This document shows positions 37,534 through 44,557 of a stretch of DNA of 64,000 nt, one piece after another (the stretch's first letter is position 1; each line of letters begins with the position of its first letter). Under the pieces are notes generated by a model. The model saw only the letters and a program-made list of their open reading frames with translations, had not been told where the DNA came from and searched no databases. Source of the DNA: an uncultured Solirubrobacterales bacterium (GTDB lineage: Bacteria; Actinomycetota; Thermoleophilia; Solirubrobacterales; 70-9). Location: assembly GCA_963824705.1 (NCBI GenBank), contig CAWGQE010000003.1, positions 562,286 through 626,285 of the forward strand, given 5' to 3'. Made by a program: the position numbers and the translations under genes.

Positions 37534-38145
37534 GGACGCCTGCTCTCCCTCGGCGCGCTGCCCCCACAGCCCCACCATCTCGTCGGCAAACCTCTCGACC
37601 AGCGCGCTGTCGGGCGACTTCGAGAAGAGCATTTCGAGGTCGAACTCCCAGACGAGGATCTTGGCATCGAGGGAGACCGGCAGATCCTCGTCGACCCCCT
37701 CGCCGAGGATCTCGTAGGCCTCGCGCAGGACCGCGACGTTGGTGGCCTTGTCGGCGGCGAAGATCGCCTGCGCGTGCGGCCCGGCCGCGGCCACCCTCTC
37801 GCGATGCTCCTGCTTGCGTTCCTCGTAGTCGGGGATCGTCGGGTCTTCGGTCAGGGCCTCGACGAGCTCGACTACTTCATCGCCGAAGCGGGCGCGCAGG
37901 GACTCGGGTTCGACGTCCGCGTGCTCGGCGACGTCGTGCAGCAGGCCGGCGGCGAGCACCTCGTCAGGGTAGCTCTGTTCCGCCAGCAGCTCGCCGACGG
38001 CCAGCAGATGCTCGATGAAGGCGATCTCGTCGCAACCGGTCTGGCGGAACTGGCCGGCGTGCGAGCGGCGCGCAACCGAGAGGGCGCCTCGGACCAGCGC
38101 AGAGCGCTCAGTCCTGGAGTCGATCCGACTGGAGGTGAAGGACAT
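37525..38145 (-). CDS. HD-domain hydrolase (RelA/SpoT-type (p)ppGpp hydrolase-like)
   Basis: RRSHAGQFR......IEHLLAVGELL........LAAGLLHDVAEH is the HD motif. Confidence 0.7.
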   Translation of the reverse strand: MSFTSSRIDSRTERSALVRGALSVARRSHAGQFRQTGCDEIAFIEHLLAVGELLAEQSYPDEVLAAGLLHDVAEHADVEPESLRARFGDEVVELVEALTEDPTIPDYEERKQEHRERVAAAGPHAQAIFAADKATNVAVLREAYEILGEGVDEDLPVSLDAKILVWEFDLEMLFSKSPDSALVERFADEMVGLWGQRAEGEQASLC

Positions 38146-38217
38146 CCCAGGGTGCAGCGTAACGGACCAAACGAGAAAAGTACTCCATTCGTACCGAAAC
38201 GGGGACGGATAGTTTAG

Positions 38218-39099
38218 CTAGGTCGTCGGAAGCGGGCTCGCCGCCACCGTGCGCACATCCAACTCGGCCCCCTCGGCGGCAAGCTCGACCGCCTCCGGAG
38301 CGCCCCCCGCGGCCACCCAGCGGTCTTGTGCTTCCGCCCCGAGCAGGTCGAGCTGCTCGTCGGAATGCAGCGGGTCGTGATGGAAGAGGACGGTGCGGTC
38401 GGCGCCGGTGCGGCGGGCGAAGCTGAGTGCGTGCGAGATCGAGGAATGCCCCCAACCGAGGTGCTCGGGGTACTCGGAGTCGGCGTACTGGCCGTCGTGG
38501 ATCAGCAGCGAGGCGTCGCGGGCGAGGCCGAAGCCGGAGATCCACTCCTCCTCGAGCGTGTCGAGGTTGGCGCCGAGCGCGGGCTCGTGGTCGGGGATGT
38601 AGGCGAGCGAGTCCTCGCCGTCGTCGATCCGGTAGCCGAGCGTGGGGCCGCGGTGGGAGACCGAGGCGGCGCGGATCCGCGCCGGGCCGATCTCCCACTC
38701 GGTCTCCGGCGTGCTGCGGAAGGAGACGTCGCAGGGCAGCTCGCGCACCTCAACCGGGCTGAGCGGCGCCGAGATGTAGCGGGCGATGCGGTCGCGCAGC
38801 GAGGCCTCCGGAGAGGCGGGGCCCCAGATCACGATCTCGGTCTGTGGGCGGAAGGCGGGGGCGAAGAAGACGAGGCCCTGGATGTGGTCGAGGTGCAGGT
38901 GAGTGAGGAGGATGTGCAGGCGGGTCGGCTCCTCGGGGAGGGAGAGGCCGAGGTTGCGGATGCCGGTGCCGGCGTCGAGCGCCAGCAGCGAGCCGTCCGA
39001 GAGGGTGACGCCGATGCAGGAGGTGTTTCCGCCGTAGCGGATCGTCTCCGGCCCTGGGGAAGGGACCGAACCGCGCGTGCCCCAGAGCTTCGCCTTCAA
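38218..39099 (-). CDS. Metallo-beta-lactamase-fold hydrolase
   Basis: LWGTRGS...YGGNTSC....DAGTG...LLTHLHLDHIQG. The TTG start lies 1 nt after the PAS-gene stop. The ORF-track extension to 39288 overlaps the PAS gene. Confidence 0.75.
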   Translation of the reverse strand: MKAKLWGTRGSVPSPGPETIRYGGNTSCIGVTLSDGSLLALDAGTGIRNLGLSLPEEPTRLHILLTHLHLDHIQGLVFFAPAFRPQTEIVIWGPASPEASLRDRIARYISAPLSPVEVRELPCDVSFRSTPETEWEIGPARIRAASVSHRGPTLGYRIDDGEDSLAYIPDHEPALGANLDTLEEEWISGFGLARDASLLIHDGQYADSEYPEHLGWGHSSISHALSFARRTGADRTVLFHHDPLHSDEQLDLLGAEAQDRWVAAGGAPEAVELAAEGAELDVRTVAASPLPTT

Positions 39100-39100
39100 C

Positions 39101-39514
39101 TCAGCTGCCCGTTCCGTTTTCGGCGGCGGGCCAGAAGACGGCGATCGCGCCGCGCGACCCATGCGCGGTCTGAATCGGGAAGGCGGAGGCCTCGACCTGG
39201 TGGCGAGTGCCGTCGATCGAGTGGATCTCGAAGTTGGCGTGGGCCGGGCGGTCGTCGCGCACGGCGACGACCAGCGGCAGCTCGTCATAAGGGATCGGCT
39301 CGCCGTTGCCGTCGAAGGGACCGAAGATACGCCCCCACTCCTGCGGGCCGACGGTGCCGAGCTCCTCCCACGATTTGCCGAGCAGCATGCCCGCCGCCTC
39401 GTTGTAGAAGACGAGCAGTCCCCCCTCGTCGACCAGGAAGGCAGGCGTCGACAGGGCCGACATCAGATTGCGAGCAAGAATCAGCTCCAGTGGCTTCTGG
39501 GACGCGGTTGGCAC
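39101..39514 (-). CDS. Stand-alone PAS-domain protein
   Basis: 137 aa with a PAS-like pattern (PAFLVDEGGLLVFYNEAAGMLLG....G). Confidence 0.65.
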   Translation of the reverse strand: MPTASQKPLELILARNLMSALSTPAFLVDEGGLLVFYNEAAGMLLGKSWEELGTVGPQEWGRIFGPFDGNGEPIPYDELPLVVAVRDDRPAHANFEIHSIDGTRHQVEASAFPIQTAHGSRGAIAVFWPAAENGTGS

Positions 39515-39563
39515 GGGAATCTCCTACCCTCGAACGCGGGTGTCTATAGCGGCTGTGACTTTC

Positions 39564-39591
39564 GTCACGTATATCCCATCACTGTAGAAGC
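39564..39591. repeat. Left terminal inverted repeat (28 bp), preceded by TTTC
   Basis: GTCACGTATATCCCATCACTGTAGAAGC is the exact reverse complement of 44181-44208. Confidence 0.8.
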
Positions 39592-39695
39592 GAAATCCGT
39601 CTCTGACGCGCCCTAGCTTCCTTCGCCGTCAACAGAAAAGCGGCCGGGGCGCTGCGTGAACAGCCCCCGGCCTGGCACAGGAAGGGGTACTTCCC

Positions 39696-39980
39696 ATGCA
39701 CGGCAAGGCTAACGGGGCGCGTCCAAAGCGCTCCAATCACGCCCAGGACATCCGCGATCAGAGCATCATGCTCATGCACGTCCTGGCGCTCCATCCAACG
39801 CACCTAATCATCCCCGATCTGGTGCGCGAGCTAATCGGTGATCCCGAGGACTTCGCCGAGGGCGACCGCTACGAGCGAGCGGTCCGTGATCTGACGGGCG
39901 TCGGGCTTCTCCATAGCGAGGGCGGCTTGATCCAGCCGACGCGGGCGGCGCTCCGCTTCATCGAGATTCTGGAGGCGTGA
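39696..39980 (+). CDS. Small hypothetical protein, possibly winged-helix
   Basis: 94 aa; the ATG lies after GGAAGGGG, and its stop lies 1 nt before the XRE gene GTG. The wHTH-like assignment is an impression only. Confidence 0.5.
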   Translation: MHGKANGARPKRSNHAQDIRDQSIMLMHVLALHPTHLIIPDLVRELIGDPEDFAEGDRYERAVRDLTGVGLLHSEGGLIQPTRAALRFIEILEA

Positions 39981-39981
39981 G

Positions 39982-40296
39982 GTGAAGTGCGCTGATCGCT
40001 TCGCCAAGAACCTGCGGCGCTACCGCAGGCGGTCGGGTATGTCGCAGGAACAGGTCGGCCTCCGTGCCCAACTGCACCGGACCGAGATCGGCCTGTTGGA
40101 GCGCGGGGCGCGAGTCCCGCGCATCGACACGCTGGTCAAGATCGCCGCCGCGCTCAACGTCAACCCCGCCGAGTTGTTGGAGGGGATCGATTGGGAGCCG
40201 GGCGAGATCACCGTTGGGCAGTTCATCGAAACCGACGTTCCGGGTCTTGGGATCGTCCATCGCCGGTTTGAGGTTGAGCGTGAGGGCAATGGCTAA
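39982..40296 (+). CDS. XRE-family HTH regulator
   Basis: FAKNLRRYRRRSGMSQEQVGLRAQLHRTEIGLLERG.R.PRIDTLVKIAAAL is the Cro/C1 HTH. Confidence 0.8.
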   Translation: MKCADRFAKNLRRYRRRSGMSQEQVGLRAQLHRTEIGLLERGARVPRIDTLVKIAAALNVNPAELLEGIDWEPGEITVGQFIETDVPGLGIVHRRFEVEREGNG

Positions 40297-40334
40297 CCAC
40301 GGCAGCGGCTCTGTGCTTCATCGAGATCATCGAA

Positions 40335-40376
40335 GGGGCGTTAGCCCGTTCGCCCCGCTTGGGGCGAACGCTTTAA
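40335..40376 (+). promoter_or_regulatory. Hairpin with an alternative pairing between the XRE gene and the membrane-protein gene
   Basis: GTTCGCCCC (40348-40356) / GGGGCGAAC (40361-40369) with loop GCTT, then GCTTTAA. The upstream GGGGCG (40335-40340) could instead pair with CGCCCC (40351-40356). Confidence 0.3.
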
Positions 40377-40379
40377 GCG

Positions 40380-41018
40380 GTGCGACCCCCCCTGACACTG
40401 CACGTCCCGTCGGCCGACGAAAGTGAGACGATAGGTCCTGTGTCGGAACCTGCTGAGTCACCGGCGAATATGCCCATAAAGGGAGGCGACGGTGGGGCAA
40501 CCCAGCTCTCGATCCTCCTCGATGCGGCGACCGCAATCATCGATGAGGAGTTCAAACGCAGCGAACGCCTAGATGCGAAGTCGCGCAACATGATCACGGT
40601 GGCCGGGGCATTCTTCGCGGTCGTTCAGGCCGTCGTGGCCGCGTTGATCAATGAAACGCTTGGTGCGACGGAAACTCAGGCCGCCTCGTCTCTTGTTCCT
40701 TGGCTTGCGGCTGCGGGAGGGATAGCAACGATAGGGCTTGGGATTGCTTTCACTTGGAGCTACGAAGCCTGGAGGCTCCGAAATGACGAAGCGCTCAAGG
40801 TCAAAACGATTCGCGACTACCGAGACGCTGCTTATGCGGGCAATCCAGCCGTTGGGGCGAAGCTCGTTGATGCCTACGCGAAAATTGCCGATGATCGCCG
40901 GGCAGTCAATGCGGAGCGAGCCGTCGCTGTCGATAAGGCTGCGATAGCTTGCGGGATCGCAATGCTTCTAATCGGTACTGAGCTAGTCCTAGCGTTCATC
41001 GCGGTCGCCATTCGGTGA
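40380..41018 (+). CDS. Hypothetical 3-TM membrane protein (candidate effector)
   Basis: 212-aa ORF. An amphipathic helix (IIDEEFKRSERLDAKSRNM) runs directly into TM1 and TM2, followed by a ~60-aa helical region and a C-terminal TM. The start is uncertain (GTG 40380 or ATG 40470). Confidence 0.6.
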   Translation: MRPPLTLHVPSADESETIGPVSEPAESPANMPIKGGDGGATQLSILLDAATAIIDEEFKRSERLDAKSRNMITVAGAFFAVVQAVVAALINETLGATETQAASSLVPWLAAAGGIATIGLGIAFTWSYEAWRLRNDEALKVKTIRDYRDAAYAGNPAVGAKLVDAYAKIADDRRAVNAERAVAVDKAAIACGIAMLLIGTELVLAFIAVAIR

Positions 41019-41905
41019 ACGGCGAGGATCTGCCCGATCCCGCCGACAAAGAACCGGATCTGCCCCCTCCGGAGTTCGAGCCAATCCGAAATTTCGCTGG
41101 CCTGCCAGCTCGCATACGACGACTAGTCGATGACGGCCTTTTCGTTGCTCTTGGCAGGTCGGAAGACAACGCGATCCGAGTAGGGACTCTCTGGGGCTTG
41201 CTGGAGCACCTAGACAAGCTCTTTCATGCGGTTCAGGTGAATAAGTCTGGATCGGACGTCAATCGGCGTGGCGCACTCGCGGCAGTGACGGGGGGGCGGG
41301 AACTGGAGGCACTTCCGTCTCTGCATGGCAGTTATGCGCTCCCACTGCGTTTGACGCCACCCGATGGTCAGATGGTTGGGCAGGAGTACCAGGAGCTAGA
41401 CGCTCTGATCGATCTGTTGGCACCCACCACGGATCTAGAGGAGATGCTTCAGGAGCTACCAGAGCGCATCGGCGACGAGCTGCGAAGACTCTTTGCAGTC
41501 TTGGCAAGCGGTGACACTGGCCTGCGGATGGAACTGGTTCGAAATGGGCAGGCCGTAACGGAGGTTGAGGTTAGGGCTGATGAAGCGCAGTCAAAAGCTG
41601 CTTGGCTCAACGAAAAGACGCCACACGACCTAGGGACGAAAACCCTCCGAGGCAAGCTGTTCCGAATCGACACGAAGAAGAAGGAAATCCGAATCGATGT
41701 CATCGGTGGCACCGATGGCGAGCTGGATGTAGAGAGCGCCATCTTCCAAGATGAGCAACTGGACGAGCTTCGAGAGGCTCTGAATCACCAAGTGGAGATG
41801 GAGGTGTCCGTGTCTGAGGATCGCCGCCCCTACGAACGCTCCGTGACTAGTCCTACGCTCCGTGTCGGTTGGGTGCGTCGGGTCGAGGGCGAGGGCGTGA
41901 ACTAA
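41015..41905 (+). CDS. Hypothetical 296-aa soluble protein, translationally coupled to the membrane protein
   Basis: The GTG at 41015 overlaps the upstream stop (GTGA). I recognise no motif. Confidence 0.6.
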   Translation: MNGEDLPDPADKEPDLPPPEFEPIRNFAGLPARIRRLVDDGLFVALGRSEDNAIRVGTLWGLLEHLDKLFHAVQVNKSGSDVNRRGALAAVTGGRELEALPSLHGSYALPLRLTPPDGQMVGQEYQELDALIDLLAPTTDLEEMLQELPERIGDELRRLFAVLASGDTGLRMELVRNGQAVTEVEVRADEAQSKAAWLNEKTPHDLGTKTLRGKLFRIDTKKKEIRIDVIGGTDGELDVESAIFQDEQLDELREALNHQVEMEVSVSEDRRPYERSVTSPTLRVGWVRRVEGEGVN

Positions 41906-42058
41906 GCCTCGTCGGCGACCAACTCCCGCGTAGGCCAAAATCTCGCCCTCGATCATCCGCATCCTTAAACTCAGCACAGATGGCCGATCGCAAGCAGAAG
42001 ACGAACAAGGGACTCGAGATCCCGGTCCCGACTAAAGGCGACTTCGACGCTGCTGTGT

Positions 42059-42262
42059 CTAAGGTCGCTCCGCCAGCAGGTCGTAAACGCCCTGGCGGGA
42101 AAGACCAGCCTCCAAAGCGATCTGAGTGACCGGGACCCCAGCATCCTGCGCTTCCTTGCAGTAGCGCCGTAGTTCGTCCGTCGCTTTGTGGCGGGCGGCA
42201 TCGGCCCGCTCGCGGCTCTTGGCGGCTCGCCGGATGCCCTTGATTGCGGCGGCGTCTTTCAT
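42059..42262 (-). CDS. Small HTH protein coupled to the transposase
   Basis: 67 aa; ATGA overlap with the transposase stop. The C-terminal VTQIALEAGLSRQGVYDLL looks like an HTH. Confidence 0.5.
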   Translation of the reverse strand: MKDAAAIKGIRRAAKSRERADAARHKATDELRRYCKEAQDAGVPVTQIALEAGLSRQGVYDLLAERP

Positions 42263-43206
42263 CGCGGAGAGCGAGCAGCGTTGTCGAGCAGGGCGAAGAA
42301 CATCCCCCGGCCGTCGCGGCGTTGGTTGTAGCGCCAGGCGTACTCGTCCAGGTAGGACTGAAGCCATTTCTGCGACACCTTCTTGTAGGTGCCGCGCATC
42401 CCGGTCTTGAGGTTGCCGAAGAAGCCCTCAATCGTGTTCGTGTGGATATCGCCGTGGACGTAGACGCCCGCCGAGTGGTTGATGATGCTGTGGCCTGCGT
42501 ACTCCCGGCCAAGCGGCCGGTAGGAGCGCCAGTCGTCCGTGAAGATGATCGATTGTGGGTTGACGTTCGCCCGCACGGCTCCACTCAGCGGCTCGCCTCG
42601 ACGGGACTTGATCACGCGCAGCTTGACCCGCCCGCCACGCTCGACCATGCCCAGCACCGAGACCTGGCGCTCGCGCCACTGAGCAGCTTCTTTTTTGGTC
42701 ATTCGCGGCCCGCGTGGGCGACCGTGGACGCCGGTCTCGTCAACCTCGACCTTGCCCTTCAACGGCTTGGCGTCGTCCTTCATCAACTCGTTGCGGATCT
42801 TGTTGAACATGCGCCAGGCGGTCTTGTAATGAACCCCAAGCTCTCGCTCTAGCTGTTTCGCGGATATGCCGCATCGCGTACTCGTCATCAAGTACATGGC
42901 GTAGAACCAAAGCTGAAGCGAGGTCGAGGACTTGTGAAAGATCGTGCCGGCCGTGGGATGCACGTGGTGCCCGCAGCCGGTGCAGGTCCATGACTGCCGC
43001 CCTTGCTTGGTCGCGTAGCGCTTGAAGACCCGCTCAGAGCCGCATTTGGGGCAGTAAGCGTGTTCTCCGTCCGGGGAATGCCGAGTGCGCCATAGATGCT
43101 CCAGGCAGGCGGCATCGTCGGGGAAGTCCCGCAGGAACTCCGTAACCGAATAGTCCGAAGTCGAGGACTTCGCTCGGCGCGGTTCGTGGCGGTTGGCAGG
43201 TGGCAT
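42259..43206 (-). CDS. IS1595-family (ISXO2-like) DDE transposase
   Basis: N-terminal zinc ribbon CPKCG...CTGCGHH, then VEVDETGVHG, IIFTDDWRSY and NTIEGFFGNLKTGMRGTYKKVSQKWLQSYLDEYAWRYNQR. Confidence 0.9.
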   Translation of the reverse strand: MPPANRHEPRRAKSSTSDYSVTEFLRDFPDDAACLEHLWRTRHSPDGEHAYCPKCGSERVFKRYATKQGRQSWTCTGCGHHVHPTAGTIFHKSSTSLQLWFYAMYLMTSTRCGISAKQLERELGVHYKTAWRMFNKIRNELMKDDAKPLKGKVEVDETGVHGRPRGPRMTKKEAAQWRERQVSVLGMVERGGRVKLRVIKSRRGEPLSGAVRANVNPQSIIFTDDWRSYRPLGREYAGHSIINHSAGVYVHGDIHTNTIEGFFGNLKTGMRGTYKKVSQKWLQSYLDEYAWRYNQRRDGRGMFFALLDNAARSPR

Positions 43207-43212
43207 AGTGTA

Positions 43213-43241
43213 AAGTTACTTGACACAAGATCATTTGTCAA
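43213..43241 (-). promoter_or_regulatory. Candidate promoter giving a leaderless transposase mRNA
   Basis: On the minus strand: TTGACA (43241-43236), a 17-nt spacer, TAACTT (43218-43213), 6 nt, then ATG at 43206. A second TTGACA faces the other way (43220-43225), and the two form the palindrome CTTGACA-N10-TGTCAAG. Confidence 0.45.
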
Positions 43242-43264
43242 GCAGCTTTACGAAGGGATGGCGA

Positions 43265-44131
43265 ATGCGGGAGGAAGCACCATCGCTGGATAGTGCTTTT
43301 GAAAAGCTGAGGCGAGGACTAGAGCACTTCAACTCGATTGAGCAAGCGAGCGACGTCGCAGTCAAAGCGAGCGCCAAGGCCCCATTTGTCGAAGACGATG
43401 GCGACTGGAAAGTAGTCGGTATCAGTCTCGGGAAGTTCCCACTCCGCCCCAGCATTATCTCGGGGGACATGGTCCACAACTTGCGCTCCGCTCTTGATCA
43501 TGCGGTTTGGCAGCTGGTCAAGGTCTCCGGGGGTCAGCCGGGAAGCTGGACCTATTTCCCAATTTATGGGAACAAGGACGGCTTCATCAACGATGTCCAG
43601 CAACGGGCCAAGAAGCGAGGTCTCGGGCCGCTGCATGGGATTGAAAAGGGCGGCCCGATATGGACACTCATCGAGAAATATCAGCCGTACAAGAACACCC
43701 AGCTCCCACCTTGGTTTAAACCGCCTCCCGCAGATCCGATCAAGTGGGCGGCGCGTCTGACGCCGCTGGCGACGCTGAGTGCGCTCTCGCGAATCGACAA
43801 GCACCGAACGATCCACGGTTTCAACGTCTTCCCCGCGAGAGGCAAAGCGATCAACGACAGCATCAGATGGAATCCGGACGCCATATTGGTCGAGCAGCGC
43901 GGAGGGCATTCCTTTGACGTGCTCGAAGGTCGCGCAGAGCTTGCGCGGTTCCGCTTCCGGCCCGGCGTCGAGCCAAATGTGCGCGTGACCGGACCAATGT
44001 TCTTGGAGGCAGGATTTGAGGCTGAGTTCAGTCCCGGCGAAAGAATCACCGTCCTCTCTGACGGAATCAAAGCGATGGGTGCAGCCGTCGAAGGGATACT
44101 GACCTCCTTCAAGGAGTTCTTCCCCGAGTAG
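43265..44131 (+). CDS. Hypothetical protein with an Rx4H motif (possible HEPN-like)
   Basis: The ATG at 43265 lies after GAAGGGA. The motif is NLRSALDHAVWQL (R-x4-H), followed later by LSRIDKHRTIH. Confidence 0.5.
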   Translation: MREEAPSLDSAFEKLRRGLEHFNSIEQASDVAVKASAKAPFVEDDGDWKVVGISLGKFPLRPSIISGDMVHNLRSALDHAVWQLVKVSGGQPGSWTYFPIYGNKDGFINDVQQRAKKRGLGPLHGIEKGGPIWTLIEKYQPYKNTQLPPWFKPPPADPIKWAARLTPLATLSALSRIDKHRTIHGFNVFPARGKAINDSIRWNPDAILVEQRGGHSFDVLEGRAELARFRFRPGVEPNVRVTGPMFLEAGFEAEFSPGERITVLSDGIKAMGAAVEGILTSFKEFFPE

Positions 44132-44180
44132 ATCGTCGGCGCGCTCAGCCACCGCCTAGATCGCCCCTCCGAGCCGCTGA

Positions 44181-44208
44181 GCTTCTACAGTGATGGGATA
44201 TACGTGAC
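44181..44208. repeat. Right terminal inverted repeat (28 bp), followed by TTTC
   Basis: GCTTCTACAGTGATGGGATATACGTGAC. Confidence 0.8.
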
Positions 44209-44328
44209 TTTCGTCACTTAGGCAATTTACAGCGCCCACGCTGGCCTGGCGCAATTTGACTCAGAGGTGTCGCAGAAGATTTTGGTTCCGAGCGACACTC
44301 GCGACGCCGCAATCTTTAGGGTGCAATC

Positions 44329-44547
44329 ATGGAGACCATGAGAGAGAGTTGGACCGACGCGCGGCTGGACGACATGAAGCAGGGGATGGATGCTGGCTTC
44401 AAACGGATGGACGAGGACATCAAGGGCTTGCGGACGGAAATGAACCAGCGCTTCGACGGTTTGAATCGAACGCTGCTGCAGATCAGCGGTGGCGTCATCG
44501 CGACCCTGATCGCTGGATTCATGGGCTTGATAGCGACGCAGCTCTAG
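44329..44547 (+). CDS. Small tail-anchored coiled-coil protein
   Basis: 72 aa: a charged helical N-part (RLDDMKQGMDAGFKRMDEDIKGLRTEMNQRFDGLNR) and a C-terminal TM (ISGGVIATLIAGFMGLIATQL). Confidence 0.45.
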   Translation: METMRESWTDARLDDMKQGMDAGFKRMDEDIKGLRTEMNQRFDGLNRTLLQISGGVIATLIAGFMGLIATQL

Positions 44548-44557
44548 GCAGCGCTTG

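Larger units (their letters stand above)
39555..44217. mobile_element. ~4.65-kb inserted element bounded by 28-bp perfect terminal inverted repeats and a duplicated target; carries an IS1595-family transposase and passenger genes
   Basis: Left end GTGAC-TTTC-[GTCACGTATATCCCATCACTGTAGAAGC]; right end [GCTTCTACAGTGATGGGATATACGTGAC]-TTTC-GTCAC. Hand counts of single lines inside give 55-62 % GC against ~70 % outside. Confidence 0.55.

Noticed and set aside
38108-39549. ORFs 38108..38698(-), 38326..39549(+), 38427..38762(+), 39077..39616(+), and the 5' extension of 38218..39288
   Set aside because: These are shadow frames over the MBL and PAS genes. The extension 39100-39288 overlaps the PAS gene in another frame.
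39555-39568. GTGAC-TTTC-GTCAC hairpin read as a simple terminator or operator
   Set aside because: The identical 14-mer recurs at 44204-44217, each time abutting the same 23-bp sequence in inverted orientation. Insertion junctions explain this better than coincidence.
41981-42130. 49-aa plus-strand ORF (MADRKQKTNKGLEIPVPTKGDFDAAVSKV...), part of ORF 41869..42129
   Set aside because: It overlaps the 3' part of the minus-strand 67-aa HTH ORF, which is translationally coupled to the transposase. I cannot decide between them from sequence alone and kept the coupled one.
42244-42852. 202-aa plus-strand ORF; also 41853..42584(-) and 42888..43241(-)
   Set aside because: These are antisense to or out of frame with the well-supported IS1595 transposase.
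43207-43264. Search for IS-sized inverted repeats immediately flanking the transposase gene
   Set aside because: The reverse complement of the sequence right of the gene (around 43207-43260) has no match left of 42059-42260 that I could see. The only convincing TIRs are the outer ones at 39564 and 44208.
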